NCBI GenBank assembly: GCA_951406725.2
Contig: OX597820.1
Span: forward strand, 95,604,001 to 95,668,000
Reading direction: 5' to 3'
Source: Octopus vulgaris
Lineage: Eukaryota
DNA: 64,000 bases
The notes under the pieces are model-generated. The model had not been told where the DNA came from and ran no database searches. It worked only from the letters and a program-made list of their open reading frames with translations. A program made the translations under genes and the position numbers. Below, piece after piece: positions 1-13,252 of the stretch. The stretch's first letter is position 1. Each line of letters begins with the position of its first letter.

Positions 1-7
1 ATGTATA

Positions 8-1135
8 TACGAAGGTGGACCGAAACGTTCACAGGCTGACTACGAAGGAAACATGGTAGAGTTGTGAAATCTTGCATGTATTAATTTCAGTTGTTGTACT
101 AATAACTGCATTGCTTCATTTCACTAAATTGACATATCACAGCTCAACTAAACTGACATCTCACAGTTCATCTCACAGACTTCAAAAGTAACAAGTAGCG
201 ACTTCTCTTGAAAATTTATAAAATCCAACGTGATTTTATCAAGTGCCTGCAAAAAATGGGTTTAGTCACTGAGGATATTCATGCTGACATGGCGGCAGCA
301 TTAGAGGATGATCCTCCAGTTTTATCGACATTGCAAATGTGGGTAGCTGAACTTAGGAGAACGGAGAATCTTGAAAAGGACCTAAGGTCTGGACGTCCTG
401 CAACAGCCACTATCGAGGAAAACATTGATTGTGCTCACCACATGGTGATGTATGACAGGCGATTAACTATATATCAAATAGCCTGCACAATGGATTGCAC
501 AATATTCTGCACAATAGATTGGCATGCGAAAGGTTTCTGTTCAGTAAGTGCCACGTCTGCTGACACTTAATCAAAAGTGCACGAGGCTAATTACATCAGG
601 GGAAAATCTAACATTGTTTGAATCAGTTCCAGCTGGTTTCCTCAGACGTTTCATAACCGAGGATGAGCGGTGAAATAACCACTTTGAGCTGGAGACACAC
701 AGACAATCCATGCAGTGGAGATACACCTCCTCACCTGCTCCAAACGTGGTTGAGTCGTTTCATTTTCAGGGAGTGGGATGGTCCCTGTCTTTTGAAGTAA
801 AAGGGCATTGTGTTTTTTGACTATCTTCAAAAGGGTAACACCATCAATGGAGAATAATATGCTAACTTGCTGAAGCAGTTACGAAAAGCTATCAAAACCA
901 GACGCTCAGGAAAACTGGCGAAAGGGCTCTTGTGTTATCAAGACAATACTCCAGCACAAAAGTCGTTGGTTTCAATTGCTGCTGTGCGTGACTGTGGCTT
1001 TGAACTAGTTGATCACCCACCCTATTCTCTTGGTTTGGCTCCATCTGACTGTCATCTACTCCCTGACATGAAAAAACTCTTGGTTGAGAACCAGTGTCTC
1101 AATGATGATGACGTCATATCTGCTATAAATGTCTC
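8..1135 (+). mobile_element. Degenerate Tc1/mariner transposase relic
   Basis: TA followed by a CGAAGGTGG TIR-like start. Broken frames give RSGRP, VPRLLT (WVPxxL), ITEDE (TGDE), YQDNTPAQ (HQDNAPxH) and HPPYSLGLAPSD (YSPDLAPSD). Stops and frameshifts; right TIR not seen. Confidence 0.85.
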
Positions 1136-1149
1136 ACATATTTGGCTCT

Positions 1150-2225
1150 TGTAGTGTCTGAGGACGCTCGGAGTCATTAAGAAGATAAACAACTTTTTGG
1201 AGAAAGCAGTGAGGGTGTGTGATATAGAACTGACGTGTGCCAATCGATCGTAAGGCAACATGAAAATATGCAGACATTTTCCAAGGAGACTCTCTCTCTC
1301 CATTACTTTTCATCATTGCACTAATCTATCTAATAAATATACTGAGAAAATCCAAGCCTGCCTATGAGCTTATTAAATCGAAAGTGAAAATAAGTTACAT
1401 GAATCATCTAATTTATATGGATGACCTGGAGGTGTAAACAAAAATGAGACAGGCCCAGACTCTTTGATTCAAACAGTGAGAGTATTCAATAAAGGTATTG
1501 GTATGCAGTTTGTGGTAAGTAAATGCGAAGTACTATGAGGAGAGGCCAGAAAGCAATCTCTGATGGCATAAAATTACCATACGACAACATCATTAGATCG
1601 CTGCGGAATAATGAGGGGTACAAATACTTAGGAGTATTGCAAGACGAAAAGATAATAGGAGAAATGAGAGAGAAAGTCACCAAAGAGAAAGTCACAAGAA
1701 GAGGATTAGGAAGGTACTCGAAACAAATTAAATGGAGGGAACGTCATTAAGACCATAAATACATGGGCTATGTCAGTGTTGAGATACTCTGTACACTTTC
1801 TGAAATGGACGAAGGTCGAGCTATAGAAGCTGGATAAAACTAAAAAGCTGCAAGCAATGCACAACGCAATCCACCCTAAAAAAGTACTGATCGACTCTAC
1901 CTACCAACAACGGAGGGTGTCAGAGGATTAATAAACGCTGATCTGAAAAATGGATCTGAAAAATTATGTTATATAGAGTAAAGAAAGAATACTATCAGCA
2001 ATCAGAATTACCCCCAAAGTGACGGAAACAGTAAGAGAATTCAGAGACGAACAACAGAACAAACAAATGGAAAGAAATGGAACAACATGACTAATTCATG
2101 CAACAAACCAAGAATGTTGGCAGTAGAGATCTCTGGCTCTATTTGGCGGACGGGAACATGAAATGAGAGACTGGAAAAAAAAACTACAGCCGCTCAAGAA
2201 CAAGCCCTTAGAACAAATCTGATAT
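1150..2225 (+). mobile_element. Old, degenerate R4/Dong-type non-LTR RT fragment
   Basis: Frameshifted motifs IFQGDSLS, NHLIYMDDL, GYKYLGVLQ, NVIKTINTWAMSVLRYS and AAQEQALRTN are collinear with the intact copies at 30.7 kb and 56 kb. Confidence 0.8.
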
Positions 2226-2430
2226 AGCAGGACTTGACTAGTACTTAAATTAATCGATCCCGAAAGAATGTATAGAAAGGTCAACCCTAGTGGAATTAGA
2301 ACTCAGAACTTAAAAACGGAAAAGCCGATATTATGTTCCCCTTTTCAATATATTTTTCGTTGTACTTCAATTATAAATTTGGTAACATATTTGGTCTCCA
2401 AACTATCTCCAGATCTCCGCGTCCATTATT

Positions 2431-2431
<1 letters not shown>

Positions 2432-2498
<67 letters not shown>

Positions 2499-2541
2499 GT
2501 ATCTATCTATCTATGTATCTATCTGTCTGTCTGTCTGTCTG
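2432..2541. repeat. (TATC)n/(TGTC)n microsatellite
   Basis: Directly visible. Confidence 0.95.
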
Positions 2542-2712
2542 TTTAAAAATACATATATATTTCTTTGTATTTTTACATAGTTTTCGTTATTTCCATTTAT
2601 TCAGAATATCTTTTCTTTGATTTTCCCCTTTGGCTTGGTTCTTTCTTTTCTTTGATTTTTACTTTCTCTTTGGTTTTCCTTTCCACCCCCACTTTTATTC
2701 TGTCGATTTATC

Positions 2713-2761
<49 letters not shown>

Positions 2762-2780
2762 CATAATAATAATAATAATA

Positions 2781-3001
2781 ATAATAAGGTGAAGGAAGAA
2801 TATAAACATTCAAACGTTATGCTTATTTCCAGTTAGCGTATGCATGTCAGACACATGTTTCGATCGTACTAACTGCATACTGTTGCATATTTATATGCAG
2901 GGATTTATGCATTATTAGTACGATCTCTTCGGCGACAATTATAAGCTAACTGGAAATAAGCGTAAAGTTTGAATGTTCAAAGTCTTCATTCTCCTTATTA
3001 T
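2781..3001 (-). ncRNA. Hairpin element with a type I hammerhead-ribozyme-like motif
   Basis: Arms 2805-2837/2945-2977 match at 31/33. The minus strand reads TGTCG-CCGAAGA-GATCGTACTAA...TTAGTACGATC-GAAA-C-ATGT-GTC-TGACA. Confidence 0.55.
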
Positions 3002-3165
3002 CAATACTGTATTATTACACTCTAACTAACCAAGAAATAAACTGTAATTACGGATGGAGTTAAAGGAGTTTACCATAAAACGCACCATCTGAAAGAATCA
3101 GTTTTGACATTTTGCATAGAGAAATTCGATATCTGCCTGGATATCATATCCCTATTCTTACTAAA

Positions 3166-3358
<193 letters not shown>

Positions 3359-3488
3359 TTAATTAGAGACAAAACCACTATTATGCAATTCAAACAAAGA
3401 AAGACCTAAGCCAATACATAAAATAATTTATATAAATTTAGAAATTTATATATATTTATATATATATATTTATATATATATAAATCCT

Positions 3489-4345
3489 TAAATCCTTAAA
3501 AATATTTTAGCCCGAAGGCCGCGGCCATGCTGGGGCACCACCGCTGAATGAGCTACACTAGTTTGTGAATCCATCTCTGATACGTGGCACTTGATCAACA
3601 AGGGAGTTCGATGCTGCTGCCCGCATCCGTGTCTCCTGTCGTGAGGTAGGTTCATCTGGGACTCCCAACAAGAAGAGATCCAGTTTAGTTTTAAAGAAAC
3701 CCACATCCACACCATGTAAGTCTCTCAGGCATTTAGGGAGGATGTTAAAGAGCTGTGGTCCTCTGAAACCCAAGCTGTTGCAGTATCTGGACCTGTATTT
3801 TGATGGTGATGTTGGAATCCTTGGCACCACGCAGCGGCGCCCCGTTCTGCGGTTGGAGTAACTTTGAATGCCAAAGTTTGGGACAAGACCCTCCAGGATT
3901 TTCCAGATGTATATCACTGCATATCTCTCCCGCCTCCGCTCCAGGGAGAAGATGTTTAATACCTTCAGTCTTTCCCAGTAGCTGACATTTTGCATTGAGA
4001 CGATTTTCTTTGTGTAGCTTCTCTGAGTTGCTTCGAGTTCTGCTGTTTGTTTTATATTGTGTGGTGACCAAAGTTGGGAGCAGTAGTCCAAGCGGCTGAG
4101 GACAAATGTTTTCCATTGGACCATCAGTGTCTCCTTCTCTCTTGTTCTGAAAGTTCAGAGAATCCATCCAGCTAGCCGTCTGCATTTTATCACCAGATTA
4201 GCAATATGCATTTGGAAAGATGCATCATTGCTCATGTCAATGCCCAGGTCACGCACTGATTTTGACTCAGGGATTGCAATTCTTCCTGGGCCAGTGTATA
4301 CCAGTCTTCACCTTTGTGTGCCAGTAGCGCAGGGCCTGGAACTTA
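3489..4345 (-). mobile_element. 5'-truncated CR1/L2-group LINE: RT C-terminus and 3' end
   Basis: [57 protein letters not shown] and GPQLFNILP. One in-frame stop near 4155. 3' tail GGTGCCCCAGCATGGCCGC. Confidence 0.85.
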
Positions 4346-4350
4346 CCTGC

Positions 4351-4761
<411 letters not shown>

Positions 4762-4799
4762 AATATCAAGTGCGTATATGAGACGTGAAAGTCTGTCGA

Positions 4800-5640
4800 A
4801 AATATTAGGTATTTCGATGTTGATTTTAGACATAAAGTCAATAACAATATCTTGGCGTAACTGATATCACCGGTTCAATTGAGTCGAGCCTTCAGTATTA
4901 ATCGTATGGACATATTTGAGCTCATTATTTTGATTTCAGATGGTGTGTAACCCTTGTACCACTTGTCAGCAATAGTATTAATTATTCTACGTATTGTTTT
5001 TCTATCATTTTTGTAGTCCTTGTAAGAGACAAGAGTTTTTGCCAGCTTTCTGTTTTATAATAGTTATTAGGATATCGTTTCTGCGGTCTTTGATTTATGA
5101 GACGTTTTCTTTTTATGGTATTGTTTGTTTTGTGGAGCATAGTTGTTTTTGGTGTGTCTAAATTATTTGATTGAATGTGTGTACTGCAGAGTCTATATTG
5201 GAGATTATAGTGTTGTTGGAGAATGAAAATCTTAATTGTATTTCTCTACTGAATTCGTTCCGTTGTCCTGTTTTGAATTTATAAAGATAACGCTTTAGTT
5301 TTATTTACTGAAGCATGAATATGTTATGATTATCATTACTTGGAGATTGGAGGAAAGATAGGGAATTATTTGTCAGGTAGCCGTAGTGGCAAGATGTTTG
5401 AGACGGAAGGAAACGTCTGGGAAAGAGTTGTACCTGTTGGCATGAAGTTTGTGTATATGAGTGTGGCTTGTGTAGGATGTAAACTGTCATGTTGTTGCGT
5501 TACTCCGTTTATCATCTGTAACATCTGAAAACGAAGAGGTGTTGACTGAGAGCATTAATGTCTCCCTCAACGATAGTGTTTACTGTAAGAGTATCAAAGG
5601 GTTATAGTTGGCGTGTGGAACCTTGTAGGACGGCCTGTAA
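4800..5640 (-). mobile_element. Possible highly decayed Penelope-like RT fragment
   Basis: Only weak motifs: NNSLSFL (LPFLD-like) and KGYTPSEI (GYP-like). No continuous frame. Confidence 0.3.
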
Positions 5641-5649
5641 GATCAATGG

Positions 5650-5655
<6 letters not shown>

Positions 5656-5724
<69 letters not shown>

Positions 5725-5775
5725 TGTGTGGTTGTGTGCATGTGTGTATGTATATATAATAAATATGTATTTTTG

Positions 5776-5808
<33 letters not shown>

Positions 5809-5843
5809 ATGTATGTATGTATGTATGTATGTATGTATGTATG

Positions 5844-5887
<44 letters not shown>

Positions 5888-5890
5888 CAC
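5656..5890. repeat. Compound (TA)n/(TG)n/(TATG)n microsatellite
   Basis: Directly visible. Confidence 0.95.
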
Positions 5891-7052
5891 ACTCTTGTGT
5901 GTGTTTATTATTTTCATATGTTATGTAATATTCTTATTTTGAAAATTTGTAATGCTATTTTATTATTTATCATTCGTTGACGAGTGTCATTTGTGATAGT
6001 TATATACTGAATGCCTATTTGGACATATCAAATCCATCCGCCTACGTTACGCTAGGGTCTCAGTTTGCAAGAAATTGCACCTAAATAATATTCCTGAACA
6101 CTAAACTACTGATTTAATAATGGTTAACCGTACAAGATAAAATAGTTCACAAGAAGTGTATACATGTAATTTTGGGAATTTTCGTATCCATGACGTTTTA
6201 TGCCATTATTTCTCTTTGAATCAAGTTTTTGTTAGTTGCGATAATATCAATACAGCAGTTACATGAAATAAGGCATTATCAGCAGCGGTGTATTTTAAAT
6301 AAAACTTGTACCTCCATAGTACTCAATGTTGAAACCAGTATTTAAGAGACTTTTCTAGATTCCTATTACAATAAGAATCATTCTATACTATGCAGACAGT
6401 TCCAAATAGCTTATGCAGATGTGCGAATTTACTAAAAAGCAGTAGCAGAAGAAAAAATTCGATGCTGTTGTAAGAACAATTTGAAACGCCCAGAAACTTC
6501 TCCAAGACAAACAAATTCTTACTAGAAAGAGATTTCAGAAGAGAGTAATTTTTGACGTCATGCGTAGTACTACGCAAGCAACCGGAGATGACTGGGCTTA
6601 AAATGACGAGTGTCATAATTTTAAATGTTGGACCTACATGACTGGAGACTTATATAAATGTATTTTAACATTGAAATGAAAGGTTTAATAATTTTAAAGG
6701 TAGGGCTTGAACTTCTAAAGAGTTACTCAATGTGTCAATATTAAAATGACGTGAGTCATTTTAAATATAGAATCTGATATTCTAAACAGTTACTGAATAT
6801 ATACATTGATTATCAAATACAATCCAGTAATAAACGCATGAAATGTATTTTTCAAGTTTCAGATGTTATTGATTTTTATGAATTTGGTAAACGTGCTCAT
6901 TGTTATACTGAGCTTCAATAATGTGTTCTTATTCTCCTTCCAGAGTTGATTGAGATAATTCGTGTCATAACGTAAAGAAATCTATGAAAATACTTAACGC
7001 CGTAGACGAAGGACTACAGGCTATTTCTTTTTAGTAAATACACATATCTGCA

Positions 7053-7107
<55 letters not shown>

Positions 7108-9040
7108 TTGTATGTATGTGTGTGTGTATGAATCAAATAAATGTACATCTGCATATATATATGAATAAAATAAATATATATGAATCAAATAAGACTTGTG
7201 GATTTAAAAATCATTGCAAACATCGGTAAGATAGTGTGTCTCCTTGAAATGGTAGATGTTCATTTGTGGGATAATGAAAATTTATGCAGTATATAGTCTA
7301 TGTTTGTAATCGACACTTAGACGATAGTGATATGTTTATTACATATTGCAAACAAGAACATTTTTACTGATAGAAAAAACAGCAGATTCGAGAGTGCAGG
7401 ATTTTTACGGGTATTGTTACTCCAGATATTTCTTTCAGTTCAAATGTTTCATCTGTGGATACTAGAGACGAAAGAGTACAATGAAATGACATTTTGAAAG
7501 GAACAATATTTGTAACTCGATATCAAGAGAAGATTAAACACAAAATTATCAAAACGCGAAATCAAAATTGATGTTGTTATTAGCATCCACAAATATTAAT
7601 GGAATCTAAAAAACTCGTTCATGTAGTTATTGCTTGTAAGAATCCGACTAGCAACTCTCGCGATGAATTATTCGTAGGAAAGCTGTTTTAAATGAAGTTT
7701 TATTTTGAATTTCTTTCACGTTGTGTTTATATTAATATAATAAAAAAAATCTGTATCTGTCACTTTTTCCAAAATGATGTTGTTAATTGCTAAACTTAAC
7801 CTTTTCAGATGCAATTCTCTGAATTAAAAGAAAATAAATGCATATTGGAACTAGATTATTAAGTTGATATGAACAGATCAAAGAGATTACTTGAGCCTAA
7901 AGAATATTTTGGATAGAAATATCTCTGACAATATGTACACTTTAATGAAATTTATCGTTCTTTATAGAATACCGAAAACTTCTAAATAATTTTTTCTTCT
8001 TAGCAATATTGTAATTATCTGAAAACGGTTTTATGAATTCTGTTTCAGTTTATAACATCAGTACTAGTAGAGTTTTCAATAACAGAGCATAATTTTGCAC
8101 AAATTCTTTGAGAATTCAATAAATCAATACAAAGATGAATCATTTGATAGTTAATGAATGCATCCCCAAAGAATGCCTCGAAATTAAAAAGTTTAAATGA
8201 AGTGATCTAAGCTGCGTGAATAGAAATTGACAGGATGTGTCAATTGGCTGTCTTGAAACGATTGGCACTAGATCACAGTAATATAGGAATTTAATTGTAT
8301 TGGTTTGAGAGTTTACCGATAAGTTGGTGAGAGAATCAGTTTTGTACAAAATCGAATATACGAAAATCAGCATTTTAGTTGTGTCACATTAGTTGTCTGA
8401 TTATCAAAAATATATTGAAGAAATATAAAAAACCATTAATGAAAAACACTGATAAAGCTGACAATCTGAATCAGAAAGAGTCCAGAACCAGGAGAGCCTG
8501 TTATAAGTATGAAAAGTGTGATTAGGAGAAAAATAATTGAAGATTATTAGGTACTTTATATTCTATTTATGACAGGACGAAATATCAAGAGCTGAGCACG
8601 TAAATGTTGAATTTAGGAAACGCGTACACACACACGCACACACACATATACTCGCGCGCACACACACGTGCGCGTACACACAGAGTAACAGAGTTACATA
8701 CATACACGGATACACGCAAACCCTAATACGGGATTAATTTTCACCGAAGTTGAAATAGTGGATCAGACACCGAGTATGTTCCGTCACTTTAAAGTGCATG
8801 TACATTAGGTGTATTTAACTAAGTGATATAAAAATAACAAAGGAAGAAATGCCAAGCTTAATTGATATGAACAAAATTAAAAGAAAAACAGTAAGCAAAA
8901 AGACACTACAAGTGGAAGGCTTAAAAAAGTCAATGCATCACGATTTAAAGGGAAGGAAGATCAAACGTTTGCAGAATTCATTCGTTTCGAAATAATTGGG
9001 AAAAAAGTGGTATACATACATACACACATATACACACGCG

Positions 9041-9096
<56 letters not shown>

Positions 9097-9469
9097 TACA
9101 TATATGTGACCCGATAACATTGGTTATATACAGTATTCAGAAATTCTCTTGCAATCTCCATTTCCCCTTTCTAGATTTTTATGAGGGTTTCCTCCACTAA
9201 ATATCAAATATATAAACGAGATTCTTAAGCGAATTTAACACAGATGTTGTTGAAACACTGATAGCCACATTGTAATATTACGAATGAGAGTTACGCATCT
9301 CTGAAGACTTGACAATGCAATTTGATTATGTAATTTACGTTATATAACAAATAATTTTTTTATATAAACGAAATATGCGTATGATGATGCAAATATATAT
9401 TTTATAAGAAAATGTTCCGTTCTACTTATCGCTTTCTCTCTCTCTATCGTTTTCTTTTCTCTTTACAAT

Positions 9470-11660
9470 GCCGAAACATAGCTCTACCACAAACACTTAA
9501 GATATAGAAAATGCTATTATGATATTAAATTCACTAGATTGAGAAATACATGGGGAGAAAGACAAGGGAAAAACAGACAATAACAGTCATAATATAAATA
9601 GACATCATGGAAGCTTAAGGAATCTACTGGTAACGACCAACAATGCCAAACATCCCGAATGGCTTAAGAAGCATAAAAGAGAATGGGAACAAGACAAACA
9701 TTATATGCAACGTAATATAAACAGAGAACATGAAATATTCTCTCATCTACGAAGAAACAGCAAGAATCCCAGAAACATGAAATTGGGACACAATATTAGA
9801 ACTCCTTTATTAAGGATTCGATCAAAAAAAAATCAAACACACCCACAGAATATATAAACCCCAAGATTATAAATTTATCCGAAAGAAACCTAAACATGAA
9901 ATGGATCTTTTATGGAAAGGTTTCAAATTTACCCCTTCTAAAACTCTTAGAACAAAGAGCAGATATTTAACATTTTAGTCGCTACCTTCACCTTACAGAA
10001 TTCTTCGGCAATAAGAATATAAACAATGAGTCAGCAGCCAAAAATAATTCTTTCATTTTTTACAAACATTTTACATATAACAACACAATTTCCAAATTTC
10101 CTCTCAGTGAAATGCAAACAAAACCTTCGTAGAGAAGAAAAGGAAGCCTTACTGACAGAAAAAAAAAACACAACAAAACAATAATGAGTAAAGTCAGAAT
10201 ATTATTTTCTACACTAGGCACAAGGCCCGAAATTCTGGGCCTTAGATCGACTGCAGTACGCAACTGGTATTTAATTTATCGATCCCGAAAAGATGAAAGG
10301 CAAAATCGACCTCGGCGGATTTTGAACTCAGAACGTAAAGACAGACGCAATACCAATTTCTTTACTACCCACAAGGGGCTAAACACAGAGGGGACAAACA
10401 AGGACAGACAAGCGGATTAAGTCGATTGCATTGACCCCAGTGCGTAACTGCTACTTAATTTATCGACCCCGAAAGGATGAAAGGCAAAGTCGACCTCGGC
10501 GGAATTTGAACTTAGAACGTAACGGCAGACGAAATACGGCTAACGTTTCTGCCAGCTCGCCGCCTTAGTAAAGTCAGAATGTAAATTAACCAATGCCCAG
10601 ACTCCTTCACAGACAAAGAAATAGATAACTAACGTAACTCTGACATTAAAGAGAGCAATTTCTACTGATAACCCAAAATCCATAAAAGCTCGGAAATACA
10701 GAGAGCCAAAAGTGAACAGAAGAACCAGCATTCAGAAAATCCCGAGATCTGCAGATCACAAACTGAGACCAATAGTCGCTGGGTTACAAATCCCAAACAC
10801 GACGACTAAGTCAGCGTTTAGATATACTCCTTAAACCACTATTCCCATTAATACTCAGTTATATATGAGACGATATGGATTGTCTCAAATACATTGCACC
10901 CATTCTCCTAGAAGGGAATATCTTTACAAGCTTCGATATTAGTAATCTTTATACTAATATACCTCACAGTATGGGCCTGGAAGCAACAAAACACTGGCTA
11001 GAAAAAACATAGAAGGTAAAGTTTGCGAAAAAGTTTTCTCAAAAACGTGATAATGGAATCCGTTTTGAAACGTTCGTTTCAAAACGGACTCCATTACCAA
11101 GACCGCACGCTGAGTACTAGAGGAAAACACCCTTAACTTTGGTTTTTGGATTTGGTTTGTAAGACTCTTTATATGAGTTCGTGTATTGAAGCATATTCTG
11201 TTGTGTCTGGGAAGAGTCATTTTCTTTTTGTGCCTTATAATGTAACCAACAATTCCTTTGCCTACATCCAAGAATCCACAGATAACACATCAGACAAAAT
11301 GAAATTACGCAAGATTCCGTTGAGTAAGCATCTGGAAATACGTGAAAAAACCCAGATTCAAGATCTTTCCCTTCTACAAATGCCTAAGGGAGGACTAACT
11401 CATCTAACAAATGCCTAAGGGAGGACTAACTCATCTAACAAATTCACGATAGGAACCAGTCTTAATAACCTCCCGTTTCTAAGCATTCACGTAAAGATAC
11501 GAGACTCCACATAAATAACGGATATATTTTATATTTTACAAAACAAAAAAATAATAATAAATAAACAGACACACATGTCTAAGGGAGGACCCAAAATCCC
11601 GGAAGGTAATAGAACTCACTACATTTTATCAAAAAAGTTCTTACCTAAACTGAATATTTA
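9470..11660 (+). mobile_element. Degenerate, rearranged Penelope-like element (RT plus GIY-YIG C-terminus)
   Basis: IINLSERNL and LLWKGFKFTP (~9870-9940), LRPIVAG, LDILLKP, TSFDISNLYTNIPH, LRKIPLSKHLEI..FKIFPFYK, NNLPFL and terminal HFIKKFLPKLNI*. Confidence 0.8.
10201..10566 (-). mobile_element. tRNA-derived SINE (dimeric) with 14-bp TSD
   Basis: TSD AGTAAAGTCAGAAT at 10187-10200 and 10567-10580. Core GTCGACTTTGCCTTTCATCC...GGTCGATAAA resembles the MetaSINE central domain. Confidence 0.9.
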
Positions 11661-11947
11661 AAGAAAGAAAAAAATTTTTTATGTACACATGAGAAATCCT
11701 TATTAAAATGTTTTCATTACCGTTACTAAAATAACTGGAAAAATTCACTTAAGCACCAACACATACTACACACACACACCCTCATAAACACACCTGCTCA
11801 AACGCCCATACGCATCTAATTATCTTTCAGAACAATTTTGACAAAGTCTATTTTCAACAGCTGGATAACACGCAAAAGAAAACAATAACTAAAAGAAAAT
11901 TGACCTTTGGAATTGTCATTAATTTCAACCAGTTCAGAAAAAGATAC

Positions 11948-12022
<75 letters not shown>

Positions 12023-12023
12023 T
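11948..12023. repeat. (CTTT)n microsatellite
   Basis: Directly visible. Confidence 0.95.
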
Positions 12024-12212
12024 CCCTAGCCAAACCTCGCATACATTCACAGCATTCTAATATACATATATACATATACACACATACACGCATATATATG
12101 TACATATAGATTGAAAATAGCAAACAACATTATCTTTCCAATTCAACTTTTTTCAACTAATATATATATATCAAAGGCATATTCCCTGCTGATTCTCTTA
12201 CCTCAGTTTTCT

Positions 12213-12242
<30 letters not shown>

Positions 12243-12253
<11 letters not shown>

Positions 12254-13178
12254 AAAAAATGAAGTTCGAAAATGCTGCTATATTATACAATTTTTAATTT
12301 TTATATATACATTATAACATGTTTCAGTTCCTGAAATGAACCTTATCAAAAAAAGTTATATATAAAAAAAGACAGCTCATGCCGTCAAACACAAGAAATT
12401 CATTTACAATACACAACGGAGTCAGACATCTTAAAGTTCATATATAGTTTGAAGTAAGTTCATTCATGCTATATGTTCAAAGTGTTCGATGCAGTGGCCC
12501 ACGGTGGCGATACGTATTCAATATAAAAAACAGATCAAAGTGGTGGAAAGCAGTCAATACAGAAGATTGATGTTCCCGAAAGAGCGAGGAATTCATTTTT
12601 ACCTTGAGCAATTGTGATGACCCATGGTGGGTGTTCGCTGGGTGATTCTGGTGAGTCTTGTGAATTGTTCGGGTTAACGAAACGATTGGTTAAAACGTTG
12701 ATGACGTCACGCTACGCTGGACTGACCACCTAACAGGCATTATAAAGCCCGAACAATTCACAAGACTCACCAGAATCACCCAGCGAACACCCACCATGGG
12801 TCTTCACAATTGCTCAAGGTAAAAATGAATTCCTCGCTCTTTCGGGAACATCAATCTTCTGTATTGACTGCTTTCCACCACTTTGATCTGTTTTTTATAT
12901 TGAATACGTATCGCCACCGTGGGCCACTGCATCGAACACTTTGAACATATAGCATGAATGAACTTACTTCAAACTATATATGAACTTTAAGATGTCTGAC
13001 TCCGTTGTGTATTGTAAATGAATTTCTTGTGTTTGACGGCATGAGCTGTCTTTTTTTATATATAACTTTTTTTGATAAGGTTCATTTCAGGAACTGAAAC
13101 ATGTTATAATGTATATATAAAAATTAAAAATTGTATAATATAGCAGCATTTTCGAACTTCATTTTTTACAAATATATA
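12243..13178. repeat. Long inverted repeat: 431-bp arms, 74-bp spacer
   Basis: 12243-12673 is the reverse complement of 12748-13178. I found one mismatch (12618/12803). Confidence 0.95.
12674..12747 (+). promoter_or_regulatory. Pol II promoter-like spacer (inverted CCAAT, CRE, TATA)
   Basis: ATTGG ~12685, TGACGTCA 12702-12709 and TATAAA 12741-12746. Downstream CCACCATGG at ~12791 and AAG|GTAAAA at ~12818. Confidence 0.45.
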
Positions 13179-13204
13179 CCTACTCGTATACGACCTAATC
13201 CTAT

Positions 13205-13252
<48 letters not shown>

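Noticed and set aside
6543-6765. TGACGTCA and short palindromes as an enhancer
   Set aside because: Isolated short motifs are expected by chance, and no linked gene is visible.
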